Below, one piece after another: positions 49,447 through 59,083 of a stretch of 64,000 bases of DNA. Numbering within the stretch: the first letter of the stretch is position 1; the number at the start of each line of letters is the position of its first letter. A model generated the notes under the pieces. The model was not told the origin of the DNA, made no database searches, and worked only from the letters and a program-made list of their open reading frames with translations. Source of the stretch: a virus. Location: positions 21,560 through 85,559 of IMG/VR virus record IMGVR_UViG_3300032116_000102; one strand, 5' to 3'. A program made the translations under genes and the position numbers.

Positions 49447-49803
49447 ATGCATAACCCCGCTGACTACCGCGACGGTCTCGGTCAAAGCATCATTGATGAA
49501 GTCATTTGTCGTTGTTTGAATCAGGCAACATTTGGCACTGATCTCGACAACGAAGAAAATGATGTGCCATTATATGATCAGTACAATCGCGGACTGACAT
49601 TATGCGAAGAGGGAATTCCAAGGCAGAGCCTGGAACTCGAGGGGGGACGACCTGGAATGACGGGGTATATTCCATCGATGGAGGAAGCGGTAGTGATGGA
49701 CCCCTCTTCCTCTCCACGTCCGAAGAACTTAGTGATGGATCTGGGTTCAGCACCGGAAGTGGAGTTATTACTTTCTCAGAAAAGACGTGGTTTGCGCCGG
49801 TAG
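49447..49803 (+). CDS. hypothetical protein
   Basis: 118-aa ORF. Confidence 0.5.
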   Translation: MHNPADYRDGLGQSIIDEVICRCLNQATFGTDLDNEENDVPLYDQYNRGLTLCEEGIPRQSLELEGGRPGMTGYIPSMEEAVVMDPSSSPRPKNLVMDLGSAPEVELLLSQKRRGLRR

Positions 49804-49841
49804 AAGCAAGCGATTCGATTCAGATCCTTGGCGGTCCGGCT

Positions 49842-50126
49842 ATGGAATGTAAAGATGGCGTCTGCCCTGTGCCTTGGGCCGTCAAGGAAGAAGCTCCCGT
49901 AATCAAGGAGGATGTGGTCAATCATCCTTCTCATTACACGGATGCAGGCGGAATTGAATGTATTGAAGCCATTGAAGCACAGTTGACAACCGAAGAGTAC
50001 GAAGGATACCTGAGAGGTAATTGCGTCAAATATTTATGGAGATGGCGGCATAAAGGAGGCAAAACTGATCTTCTGAAAGCTCAATGGTATTTGGATCGGC
50101 TCCTGTTGATCGAAGATCAAAAATGA
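49842..50126 (+). CDS. DUF3310 (T7 gp1.7-like) protein
   Basis: VNHPSHY..IECIEAI..GNCVKYLWR..KG..DLLKAQWYL. Confidence 0.85.
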   Translation: MECKDGVCPVPWAVKEEAPVIKEDVVNHPSHYTDAGGIECIEAIEAQLTTEEYEGYLRGNCVKYLWRWRHKGGKTDLLKAQWYLDRLLLIEDQK

Positions 50127-50578
50127 AAAGAATTAACCCAGTTACTGGATTGCCTTTTTGCTGTGGAGACCAGCGTGAAGATGGCCGATTATTCTGGGCT
50201 TATGATACACATAGAAAAAAGAAAGATGGCTTCTATGTTGAGCGATGGCTCATTAAAGAAGCCCATGAAAGAAAAAAGAAAAACAATAATAAAAGACGCT
50301 ATCCCGAATATCAAAGAAATTGGCACCTAGAAAAGACTTATCAATTAACTTCTGTTAACTACAAAAAACTATTAAAAGAACAAAAGGGAAAATGTAAAAT
50401 CTGCGGGACAACTGCTCCCGGAAAGAAACGTGATACTTTCTCTGTTGACCACTGTCATCAAACTAATCAAATAAGGGGATTGCTTTGTATTAAATGTAAT
50501 TCATTGCTGGGACAAGCAAATGATGACATTGCTGTTTTGGAAAAAGCAATCCTTTATTTAAAGCAATCAACCGTCTAA
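50123..50578 (+). CDS. endonuclease VII-type homing endonuclease
   Basis: CKICG..VDHCH..IRGLLCIKCNSLLG. Confidence 0.9.
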   Translation: MKRINPVTGLPFCCGDQREDGRLFWAYDTHRKKKDGFYVERWLIKEAHERKKKNNNKRRYPEYQRNWHLEKTYQLTSVNYKKLLKEQKGKCKICGTTAPGKKRDTFSVDHCHQTNQIRGLLCIKCNSLLGQANDDIAVLEKAILYLKQSTV

Positions 50579-50883
50579 AAAGGTTGCAAATCATCCTCCT
50601 CGTCTTCATTTTCATCGTCTTCATAGACGCATGCCATAGCCAACTCAGCAAGCTCTATATCTGTAGGGTAATCCCACTCAAGCTCGATGTTCTCATCGGC
50701 CATTAATGATTTGACGGCATGCCATTCCATCAATCGCTGGTGATATAGGTTTAGCAACGCACCATACAGTTGTTCCCACGTCATCTCCTGCGCTTGCAGC
50801 TCAGCCTTGCGCATGGAGAATTGAAGCTCCAGGGGGAGTTCAAACTGGCGGGGCTCAATAGATCCTTCCATTCCTAACTGCAT
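50575..50883 (-). CDS. nblA: NblA-like protein with acidic tail
   Basis: LPLELQFSMR....QEMTWEQL..ALLNLYHQ fits the NblA helix-loop-helix pattern. Confidence 0.65.
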   Translation of the reverse strand: MQLGMEGSIEPRQFELPLELQFSMRKAELQAQEMTWEQLYGALLNLYHQRLMEWHAVKSLMADENIELEWDYPTDIELAELAMACVYEDDENEDEEDDLQPF

Positions 50884-50907
50884 GCTTCAATTAAAACCAT
50901 TTTAAAG

Positions 50908-51579
50908 CTAAATGTCGCAGACGCCGGTTAGATCAAATTCCTCAGAACTATCAAACGGTACGTCCCAGGGGTCTTCATCTATTCTGAAGTCGTTAGCAAA
51001 CTCTGACAAAGTATAGGGGTTAATACTCTCTTCAAGTCGGCGGATTGCCGATACCTGATGAGAGGCTGCAGTGTAGTTACGGAATGCTGTCAGAAGGATC
51101 TCCGTGGAGAGCCAGCCACAATCATTGGCTTCCCTGAGAAAAAGGCTGACTTCCTCTTGACGCCTGTGCAAAAGAGACCCAACCATTTTGTGGTCTTGAT
51201 CAAAGATCCACTTAGGAAGCTCTTGGCTGGCACCTCGCCAGTCTTCTTGCTCCAAGCAATCAATGATGTTGCTGTAAAGAAAAGAATTCCAGCCGACCGA
51301 ATGAATAAACGAAAGCAAAGCCTGGTGCATTGATTCATCCAGGCCAAGGTTTAACTTTTTGAGTTCGGTATCAAGTACCTCTAACTCATGGTACAGATAC
51401 TCCAGGGCTTTGCGTTTTGTACAGAGGTGACCACGCCTGACTGGAGATCCGTCTGGATAGAACTGAGTGCCATAACCGATGGTGTACGGCTCACCACCGG
51501 TCGCCGGGTCTGGGTACGCTTTCTCGTTGTACCCTTCATATTTTCTGATTAATTCAATTGCCGCAGAAAAATCAGACAT
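50908..51579 (-). CDS. GH24 lysozyme
   Basis: IRKYEG..AYPD..TIGYG..ALLSFIHSVG..RRQEE. Confidence 0.85.
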   Translation of the reverse strand: MSDFSAAIELIRKYEGYNEKAYPDPATGGEPYTIGYGTQFYPDGSPVRRGHLCTKRKALEYLYHELEVLDTELKKLNLGLDESMHQALLSFIHSVGWNSFLYSNIIDCLEQEDWRGASQELPKWIFDQDHKMVGSLLHRRQEEVSLFLREANDCGWLSTEILLTAFRNYTAASHQVSAIRRLEESINPYTLSEFANDFRIDEDPWDVPFDSSEEFDLTGVCDI

Positions 51580-51613
51580 AAGGGGTAACCAAGTTACCCC
51601 AATCATACACAGA

Positions 51614-51739
51614 TTATTTACCTTGGCCGCGTGTTTTTTTACGTCCGTGATTGGGCAAGGAGTGTAATCCCTGTCCTTGTCTTGTCTTCTTCGGCTTGGA
51701 TTCAATCTTGATTGCACCGGATGACTTGGGTTTTGCCAT
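51614..51739 (-). CDS. 41-aa basic peptide (not in ORF track)
   Basis: MAKPKSSGAIKIESKPKKTRQGQG..RGQGK. Confidence 0.65.
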   Translation of the reverse strand: MAKPKSSGAIKIESKPKKTRQGQGLHSLPNHGRKKTRGQGK

Positions 51740-51766
51740 GGATTTACCAGTTGTAGTTACAGGCCT

Positions 51767-52210
51767 TTACCTGTTCTGACAGTTTACCTGATGCGTGACC
51801 CAACGGCAATTCCCTGGGCAGTAATCGCCATAGTTATCAGTGCGGTCAAGTTCCAGGGTTTGATCTGCTCCGTTTTCTTCTGCCCATTTTTTAAATGTCA
51901 GGTAACTTGAACTCCATTCATCACATACTTGAATACCTTTGGCTATGTACGTGGGATATTCTTTGCAACGACGTTTCATTTTTTGCCATCTTCCATATAA
52001 CCAATGGCCTTTGTTGCTCTTATTTTTAGCATCTCCATGTATTGTATTTGCTTTTTTTGTTGCGTTAATAATACAATTAGTACACGCGTGCATATATTTT
52101 CTGGCACAAGAACGGCAACGGCCTTGCCATGTTTTCAAAGAATCTTTTCTCTTATTACAAGGCTTAAAGCAGTCCTTACACAAAGCCACAACGTATTTGT
52201 TTTTGGCCAT
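51767..52210 (-). CDS. HNH-type homing endonuclease
   Basis: WQKMKRRC..GIQVCDEW..LDRTDNYGDYCPGNCRWVT..N. Confidence 0.85.
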   Translation of the reverse strand: MAKNKYVVALCKDCFKPCNKRKDSLKTWQGRCRSCARKYMHACTNCIINATKKANTIHGDAKNKSNKGHWLYGRWQKMKRRCKEYPTYIAKGIQVCDEWSSSYLTFKKWAEENGADQTLELDRTDNYGDYCPGNCRWVTHQVNCQNR

Positions 52211-52236
52211 CTAAAACTTTTATTACCAGTTAAAGT

Positions 52237-52524
52237 CTACCACGAATAGTGGCAGCTCCACCAGCCGGGAGTCAGTTTGTCCTTCTTCTCGGAGCAGTTG
52301 TGCCTGGCTTTGAAGTTAGCACGTCTTCCCTCGTCTTTATGCTGAAGAAAATCTTGATATCCTCTGGCGCCAAAACGCACTATTCCTTCTTTCCCATCTT
52401 GACAGGCCTTGACTACATACTTATGCTTATCTCCCTTAGGCGCACGCTGAGGCTTGTTACAAGCCATCTTATCCTTTTGGTATCGCTTGGCTGCGGCTAC
52501 AGCCTTCCTTGGTTTGTCCGACAT
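52237..52524 (-). CDS. conserved basic phage protein
   Basis: IVRFG..RRANFKARHNC..PGWWSCHYSW. Confidence 0.7.
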   Translation of the reverse strand: MSDKPRKAVAAAKRYQKDKMACNKPQRAPKGDKHKYVVKACQDGKEGIVRFGARGYQDFLQHKDEGRRANFKARHNCSEKKDKLTPGWWSCHYSW

Positions 52525-52894
52525 AATTAATGTGCACTAAAGAATGATCAGACTCTTTTTCCCAATGCAATACTTGGTAGGGATCTTGGTCAATCCATCT
52601 TTCAATTCTATTGAGCCTAGCTTTAGAGAAGAAATCTTGCTGCATGTACCATTCGTGTAACTTGCAAGACGCTTTGGATGCATTACAGCGACGGCATGCT
52701 GGCACCAGATTTTTGCGTGTTGTTTCTCCTGATTTATGACGTGGTATGACGTGATCTAGGCTCGTTGCATTGTCGCCGCAATAAGCACATTCGTGGTTCC
52801 AGGATTTATAGATTTCGTCTCTAAATCGTTTCTTTGCAAGTTTTGGAGTGATTTCAACGAGTAAGGCGATAGGCTCATGCTCGCTGTAATACAT
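52469..52894 (-). CDS. HNH endonuclease
   Basis: CAYCG..SLDHVIPR..G..NLVPACRRCNASK. Confidence 0.85.
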   Translation of the reverse strand: MYYSEHEPIALLVEITPKLAKKRFRDEIYKSWNHECAYCGDNATSLDHVIPRHKSGETTRKNLVPACRRCNASKASCKLHEWYMQQDFFSKARLNRIERWIDQDPYQVLHWEKESDHSLVHINYVGQTKEGCSRSQAIPKG

Positions 52895-53033
52895 GCTCTG
52901 AATTGCCGTTACCTTATTCTAATTTCCTTAAGCTTTACGTAACTTCACACTAGTCTTAAAAAAGTATGAATCCCCTTGACTCAGGGTTTTGCCCCGTTAC
53001 CGTACGAGAGTTGTTCACCCTGACGCCTAAGTC

Positions 53034-53252
53034 ATGGCTCAAAACACAGGTTGGGTTTCGGTCGCACGAGCGGAAGAACTCCTTGGAATGGATCGCAAGG
53101 AACTTTTCCGTATGCGTGATGACGGCACCTTAAAGCTCGGTCCACATTTCGCTGCTTTCCCTGAGACCCGTTCCAGGGACGGCTATCGCTGGAATGTGGA
53201 AGCAGTCAGGAAACACCTGCGTAAACAGGAGAAGATGGCAGCCGCTGCTTGA
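53034..53252 (+). CDS. Xis-like winged HTH protein
   Basis: WVSVARAEELLGMDRKELFRMR..LGPHF..YRWNV. Confidence 0.65.
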   Translation: MAQNTGWVSVARAEELLGMDRKELFRMRDDGTLKLGPHFAAFPETRSRDGYRWNVEAVRKHLRKQEKMAAAA

Positions 53253-53628
53253 TGGACCTGTAATGATTCTTACGCATGCCATGTGCAAGCAGTAAGTCTG
53301 TGATGTTAAGGTCGATGGCCTGGTGAGCCATTAGACGATACAGTTGAGGAGCAAGGGACCCCAGGCGGTCTTGCATTTCGCAAGGCCGTTTTTTCTGTAG
53401 GTCAAACAAGAAAACCCATTGTGGGTGCAACGGGTTGACAGGGCGTTTTTTGTGGGTCAGGACCAGGGTGCTGTCCGGTCCCCACTCAAACGAGGATAGG
53501 TCTTCTGGCTTGATGCCATAGGTGGCGATCATACCAAACAACCACGCAGCCCCTTTGTTGCCACGTTGACCGTTTAGTTGGAAGTACGCATCTACGATCC
53601 GCTGGTCTACAGGGATAGGTTGAGTCAT
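53206..53628 (-). CDS. truncated tyrosine-integrase-like protein
   Basis: AWLFGMIATYGIKPEDL..PLHPQWV resembles the cyanobacterial integrase core with R replaced by K. Confidence 0.55.
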   Translation of the reverse strand: MTQPIPVDQRIVDAYFQLNGQRGNKGAAWLFGMIATYGIKPEDLSSFEWGPDSTLVLTHKKRPVNPLHPQWVFLFDLQKKRPCEMQDRLGSLAPQLYRLMAHQAIDLNITDLLLAHGMRKNHYRSIKQRLPSSPVYAGVS

Positions 53629-53745
53629 GACTGAGATGAGCTGCGTCCCAGAACCTAGGAATCGTAGATCACTGGTCGCCGCTTCTTAAGGAATTCCTAA
53701 CAAGTCCCGAGGGACTTAAGATAAGTATACCTTATTTTAAAACTT

Positions 53746-55284
53746 TTAAGGTTTATAGGGTTGACCATTCTTGTCAAACATGGTAAAGCCCTGCATCAAG
53801 ATGAAATCAGCCGGTACGTTAAAGAGCTTCTGCATCATTGGCATCATCATCGGGCTTTGGCAGTTGTAGGGAGGTACGTCCATATCGGCCAGGGATCTTG
53901 TCGTCATCACAAAAGAAGCGGCTTCGTTTTGCTCGCTTTCTGTATTCGCGACCAATCGTTGCTCCCATGCTGCCATACTGCCAATTTGAACAGGGAAATC
54001 AGAAGGCTCAGGCGGAAAAGTATTGTCTTTAAATTTAAGAGCGTAAATGTGTTTGCAGTAACGCATCTCATCAAGTAACGGTGTCCAGTTATCGGTAATT
54101 GAAGTGATAACACCTTGTTCCGTTGAATAGTCGTTATAGCCAGGCATGCCTTCCGCCCTGGCTCCAGGGATGGCAGGATTTGATGTGCTTCTCAAGTATG
54201 TTGCGCCAAACTCCCTGTAAACACCGACATTATCCCTTGTTGAATTATTGTCAATCGTTGTTGTCGTGGATAAAGAAAAGGGCACGCTATAGCCTGATGG
54301 AGCGTAAACATCCATCTCTCGGTTGACAGAAGCATCATTCATGGCGTTGTTATCAACAACACCGCTCAAAGTTGTGACCTCATATCGACCGGGTTTAATA
54401 GAAGAGACGTTATTGCGAGGGAAAAATTTACGATCGCTAGCGGCAGGGTTAGTCAAGAACGCATAATCGCGGTGGGTGAAATCTTGACATGAACAACAGA
54501 ACCTTGCGCCTGTAATGAGATAACGACCAATAGTAAAAGGAACAGGCGAAGGAGTTATGTATTCTTGGTCCGGCGTCACCTGCACGGAACCTGCTTTTTT
54601 AAATGTCAATACACCCGTATTCTGATTAACAGCTGTTAAAACGGCTTGTACATACCCATATCGTTTTTGAGTCGTTGGATCAATCGTATCTTTATCAATG
54701 ATGGCGCCACCAACTGTAATAACACGATCCTCCAGAATCTCAGTAACCAATGGCTTGAGTCCCCCTGGCACACCTGGGACTGCAACATAAAACGGTGGAG
54801 GAAGAGGATTGGCTGCACTCCAAGATCCAGCAAGTTTTACATACCAGTTTGTTTGATCTTGTGTAATTGATTCAACGTATAAATTATTGCTTGTAATCGG
54901 ATCTTTTAATTTGTCACTACGCATCGAACCGGCGTAACGCCAACCGGCCCAATGCATGCCAAGTTCTTTGTTGGTTGTTGGAAAACCGACGAATACACCT
55001 GAAATAATTGGATTTGGATTGGCAATAGAACTAGGAGTGCCCGATGGAACTGGAATCTGATACTGGAAAGGATATGAAAAATCGTTATCGTAAAACGTTG
55101 CCGTCGCAAGCTCATAACCGCGACGCCACCGTGACCAGGCAGATTCCCTGTTAATCGTGCTTAAAGAATCGGGTACAGATCCCTTAGAGAACTCAGTTGT
55201 AATTGGTTTCAAACGAAAAGGATCCTTATCTTTTTCCTTGGTGAAGGAAGTAAAGGATCCAAAAGAATTCTTCAATTTTGTCAC
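53746..55284 (-). CDS. large hypothetical protein with split SWIM-like motif
   Basis: CCSCQDF ... YCKHIYA. Confidence 0.55.
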   Translation of the reverse strand: MTKLKNSFGSFTSFTKEKDKDPFRLKPITTEFSKGSVPDSLSTINRESAWSRWRRGYELATATFYDNDFSYPFQYQIPVPSGTPSSIANPNPIISGVFVGFPTTNKELGMHWAGWRYAGSMRSDKLKDPITSNNLYVESITQDQTNWYVKLAGSWSAANPLPPPFYVAVPGVPGGLKPLVTEILEDRVITVGGAIIDKDTIDPTTQKRYGYVQAVLTAVNQNTGVLTFKKAGSVQVTPDQEYITPSPVPFTIGRYLITGARFCCSCQDFTHRDYAFLTNPAASDRKFFPRNNVSSIKPGRYEVTTLSGVVDNNAMNDASVNREMDVYAPSGYSVPFSLSTTTTIDNNSTRDNVGVYREFGATYLRSTSNPAIPGARAEGMPGYNDYSTEQGVITSITDNWTPLLDEMRYCKHIYALKFKDNTFPPEPSDFPVQIGSMAAWEQRLVANTESEQNEAASFVMTTRSLADMDVPPYNCQSPMMMPMMQKLFNVPADFILMQGFTMFDKNGQPYKP

Positions 55285-55290
55285 GACTTC

Positions 55291-56070
55291 TTAGAAGAAA
55301 CCGCCCTGTGCATAAACGTGAGCGCCAGGGGTATAACCGGAAATGTTGGGGCCTTCCGCAAACACACCTACGTAAATACGGTCGCCTCGCTCCAGGTAAA
55401 TACCTTTGTTCCGCAATGGTGCGCTGGGGCCTAATCCACCTGTATTACCTGCTGCAGGCATTGGGACGGCGAGCTGTGGCATTACGTCCGAGCAATCAAC
55501 GATTCCGCTGTTAGCTGGGACTGTTTTGGCGAACAGAACACGGTAGTCACCACTAGCCGGAATTGGAGTGGTGGTATTGCGAGTCTGGTAGAAGACAAAG
55601 GTTACGGCTGGTTGATAACCATAGGCAACACCTTGGTACTGGAAACCACTGACAATTGCGCCAGAATAGTTGAGGCCTGTATTAACACCGGTCAGAGTTC
55701 CAGATCCGGTATAGGTGTAATAACCAACACCACTGGCAGTGCCGTTAGTAAGAACAGAGCTGGACTGAATATAAACAACTTGACCACTTGTTAACGCAAC
55801 AACGGTACCTGAGGTACTTGCATTAACAGTGTAATCGGCTTCCCGATAACGGTCATTACGGGCAATAGTGATGGAATCAACGACGCCACCACTATTATTG
55901 TCTTCACTGAGGTTAGCATCCATGTCCACCAAGATGGATGGAGCCTGGCCGCCCTGCACAAAGATCGTATTAGCGGCTTGGCTGCCGACAGTTTGAGTCG
56001 TTACCCTAACGGTGTCAAATAACGGACGATCAATAAATACGGGTTGCTTGTTGCTGCTGGTCGAGCTCAA
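55291..56070 (-). CDS. probable structural protein
   Basis: Beta-rich; in the virion operon. Confidence 0.55.
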   Translation of the reverse strand: MSSTSSNKQPVFIDRPLFDTVRVTTQTVGSQAANTIFVQGGQAPSILVDMDANLSEDNNSGGVVDSITIARNDRYREADYTVNASTSGTVVALTSGQVVYIQSSSVLTNGTASGVGYYTYTGSGTLTGVNTGLNYSGAIVSGFQYQGVAYGYQPAVTFVFYQTRNTTTPIPASGDYRVLFAKTVPANSGIVDCSDVMPQLAVPMPAAGNTGGLGPSAPLRNKGIYLERGDRIYVGVFAEGPNISGYTPGAHVYAQGGFF

Positions 56071-56179
56071 AATAAACCTCCTCGATATAGCAGTTTTATG
56101 ACTGCTTTCGCATTCTTATAAATAGATTCTAACGTAAAAAACTCAATCAAAAGGCTCCACGCAGGTGAAGCCTAAAAGA

Positions 56180-56803
56180 TCAGAACTGAGTCAGTGATTC
56201 TAGAAACGGTGTCCTTGGTGTAAATAAGGATGCCGTTGAAATATCTGATTCAAGTTCTGTCCTGGGCCGTTGGAATACAGTTTTCATTAACTGTTCACCA
56301 ATAGACGGCGCACTGCTCTGGTCATTCAGCAGCAGGTTCTGCAGAAGAAATCCCTTAAGGAAATTTTGAACATCAGAACCGGCTTGCTCTTGTACTTGTG
56401 GTTGTGGTTTTGGAGCAGAAACATCAACACCACCAAGGATTTTTTTCACATAGTTTTGTGTTTCCTTGAATGGTGGGATTCCGCCATAACGTTCAACATT
56501 GCCTGGACCTGCGTTGTACGCAGCTAAAGCTTTGTCGTAGGTGCCAAAACGCTTGAGCTGTTGTCCTAGGTAACGTGCGCCACCAGCCAGACTCTGGACA
56601 GGATCGTAGGGATCCGCCACACCAAGTCCTTGTGCTGTTCCAGGCATAAGCTGAACGAGGCCCATGGCACCGGCGCCACTCTTGGCACGTGGGTTCCAGC
56701 CGGATTCTGCCCCAACAAGACGCAGAAAGATGTCTTCGTTTACACCGTAAGTGCGAGCTTTTTGTCTCGCAATTTCTTTGAGTTGTTCGCTGGTGTAAGA
56801 CAT
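56180..56803 (-). CDS. SLT lytic transglycosylase
   Basis: [37 protein letters not shown]. Confidence 0.92.
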   Translation of the reverse strand: MSYTSEQLKEIARQKARTYGVNEDIFLRLVGAESGWNPRAKSGAGAMGLVQLMPGTAQGLGVADPYDPVQSLAGGARYLGQQLKRFGTYDKALAAYNAGPGNVERYGGIPPFKETQNYVKKILGGVDVSAPKPQPQVQEQAGSDVQNFLKGFLLQNLLLNDQSSAPSIGEQLMKTVFQRPRTELESDISTASLFTPRTPFLESLTQF

Positions 56804-57015
56804 GGATTTCTGCTTAACCTCCTACCCAATTTGAACTTGCCCTGAGACCGGGGATAAACACTGTTTGAAGAGTAAGTGCGACTGCCAGATGAGTCAGGGT
56901 ACGTTTAACAAACTTGGGGCAGAGAATCATGGTTTTAAAGCAACAACACTGGCTCCCGTGAATCGAAAGATTCGTGTCCAGTGGGCTGGTCTTACATGCA
57001 AGCAATGCCAGTAGA

Positions 57016-57855
57016 TCAATTAGCTTTAGCGTTGGCGCGGTTTAAAAGTGCCTGGAACAAAGCCGAGCTTTCTTGGCGACGCTTTTCCGCTGGAGTAATG
57101 AACGAAAGATCTGCCTGATCGGCAGATCCTACGGCATTCATCGGAGTAATGTATTCGCCTTGAACGCCGCCAACCTCCTTGAGCATTGCTGCCTCCACTG
57201 GAGACATTGGCGCATACGCTATGTTTGCTGCACTTTGCGTGGCAACGTTTGGATCAAAACTCATGGCAGCAAGAATCTCTTGATTCGTGAGTTGTTGATT
57301 TGGACGATACTGACCTTGAATATTTTGAGTCGTAGTCAAAACAGTATTGGGGTCAAAGCTCATGACGCCCAGGACCTGTTCATTGCTTAAAGCAGAAGGG
57401 GTACTGGGACCAACACTAGCTTGAATCACTTCATAGCCAGTGGAACCAGGCTTGACGTTTGCTGCAAGGCCGCCATGTTTAGCGGCCCAGATACGCATGC
57501 CTTCATCACGAACGGCATTCATCTCTTCCTGTGTTTTGGCAGCTTTGCGAGCTACTTCGTAACGCTGCAGTTCTGGGTTTTGTGCTGCCAACTGAGCAAC
57601 ACGCGCTTTCTCAACCTGATATGCACGTTCTGATGCTGCTGACCCAGGGGCTACTTGGGCAGCCGGCACCGTTGCTGGTACTGCGTAATCTGCAGTTTGG
57701 CCAGGGAATTTAAACAGCGAAGATGCTGCAGCAGGAGCAGCGGCAGCTGTCTCGATAAACGTTTTAGGCTTGGCTTGCTGCCGTTGAAACACGGGTGATA
57801 CAGCACCAGCGGCTTGAATCGCTTTAAAGATGTCAATGGCCATGATTAACGCCAA
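57016..57855 (-). CDS. Ala/Gln-rich protein, possibly internal virion
   Basis: Internal repeat L(S/T)N..(V/I)L..MSFDPN x2. Confidence 0.5.
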   Translation of the reverse strand: MALIMAIDIFKAIQAAGAVSPVFQRQQAKPKTFIETAAAAPAAASSLFKFPGQTADYAVPATVPAAQVAPGSAASERAYQVEKARVAQLAAQNPELQRYEVARKAAKTQEEMNAVRDEGMRIWAAKHGGLAANVKPGSTGYEVIQASVGPSTPSALSNEQVLGVMSFDPNTVLTTTQNIQGQYRPNQQLTNQEILAAMSFDPNVATQSAANIAYAPMSPVEAAMLKEVGGVQGEYITPMNAVGSADQADLSFITPAEKRRQESSALFQALLNRANAKAN

Positions 57856-58307
57856 ACCTCATGAAGATAAAGACGAGAGCCCACTGCAGTGTCAGCAGGA
57901 CCAGGTAAAGCTTGAATAAACTCAGCGCCAGAGCGTTCGTAACGGTATCTGGCTTGGAAGGGGTCCTTGTAGTTCGGGACATAAAGGATGCCGGCAAGGC
58001 GATTGGTTTCGTAGAGATAAATCTCATCCCAAACCTTTAATGCCTCTTTGGCATTGCTGGAGCGAATTGTACGATCCACGTCACCGAGGATGCTTTCAAT
58101 TCGCGTAGAAGGTGTCGATGCAACTTCTGTTTTCTTCTCAGCCGTATCGCAACGACCAAGTTGAATGACGACCTTGTCATAGAAGTATGAATCCGGTACG
58201 GTATTCATTGCTTCTTCTAGCCGGCTGTAATCTCCAGCGGGTACAGACACGGTAAAGTAGCCCAGGTGATACCTAACTCTACTTTTGTCAAAGTCAGATA
58301 ACTGCAC
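57846..58307 (-). CDS. probable head-tail connector
   Basis: DKSRVRYHLGY N-terminus; position after capsid genes. Confidence 0.45.
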   Translation of the reverse strand: MQLSDFDKSRVRYHLGYFTVSVPAGDYSRLEEAMNTVPDSYFYDKVVIQLGRCDTAEKKTEVASTPSTRIESILGDVDRTIRSSNAKEALKVWDEIYLYETNRLAGILYVPNYKDPFQARYRYERSGAEFIQALPGPADTAVGSRLYLHEVWR

Positions 58308-58346
58308 GTCTACCTTTCGTTATAGTTTAATTATAAAGTAATCAAC

Positions 58347-59015
58347 TCAAGCCAATCCGGGCAACGGAGCATTCATATACTCAACCAAGAACTGCTGTGT
58401 CATGCTTGGTTTTGGCGTCAAAGCTTCTCCCAGGGTTTGTTCCAGGAGTGATTCCTGTAGCGTCTTTTGTTTTGGTTTGGTTAACTGAAGTAACGATAAA
58501 AGCGTGGATAAATCGCCACTCTCTGTTTGATTAGACGTATCAACGGGCAACGTCGTTGGCGACAACTCAGACGCACCACCAAGTGTCTTCATATGCCCTA
58601 AACCAATTTCATATTTGTTATCACCGGTAACAAGAGTGGCAAGGTTACCAAAGCCACCTTGATTAGCTTTTGGAATGTACTTACCACCACCTTCGTAATA
58701 GATTGGAGTACCTTCTGGTAAAGCCCAATCTTCTCCTTGGTGGAAGCTGCTAGCTCCAGCAGTTGGTGCACTGCGCGGGCCGTAACGAGACGTAAGTGTA
58801 ATCCCTGCAGCTGGATTGAAATCAATTTTGCCTTCCGCTGTTTTGATTAACGCTGGGATTTTCTTTTCCCCGATGCGTAAACCAAGCAATGGAGTACGAA
58901 TGGTAGCTGGATCCAGATATTTGCCTGTGGCGAGATCTTTGACGTAGACGTGCTTATGTGGGCCCGTCGACGTTCCGGTTGAGCCAACTTGACCAAAATA
59001 CTGAATGCCAGCCAT
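58347..59015 (-). CDS. M23 peptidase-like protein, circularly permuted
   Basis: GQVGSTGTSTGPHKH precedes HQGED..GTPI..GFGN..GHM. Confidence 0.75.
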   Translation of the reverse strand: MAGIQYFGQVGSTGTSTGPHKHVYVKDLATGKYLDPATIRTPLLGLRIGEKKIPALIKTAEGKIDFNPAAGITLTSRYGPRSAPTAGASSFHQGEDWALPEGTPIYYEGGGKYIPKANQGGFGNLATLVTGDNKYEIGLGHMKTLGGASELSPTTLPVDTSNQTESGDLSTLLSLLQLTKPKQKTLQESLLEQTLGEALTPKPSMTQQFLVEYMNAPLPGLA

Positions 59016-59040
59016 TATCTTTTTCTTTTATTTTAAAACG

Positions 59041-59064
59041 AAAAAACCCCTGGTTTCCCAGGGG
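59041..59064 (-). terminator. intrinsic terminator of the capsid operon
   Basis: CCCCTGG-GAAA-CCAGGGG then T6. Confidence 0.85.
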
Positions 59065-59083
59065 CTGAAGTTGTAGTCAATGA

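Noticed and set aside
50123-50578. Gene-end replacement around the second EndoVII gene
   Set aside because: No duplicated terminus found; the KA..YL similarity to DUF3310 is a normal EndoVII C-terminal pattern.
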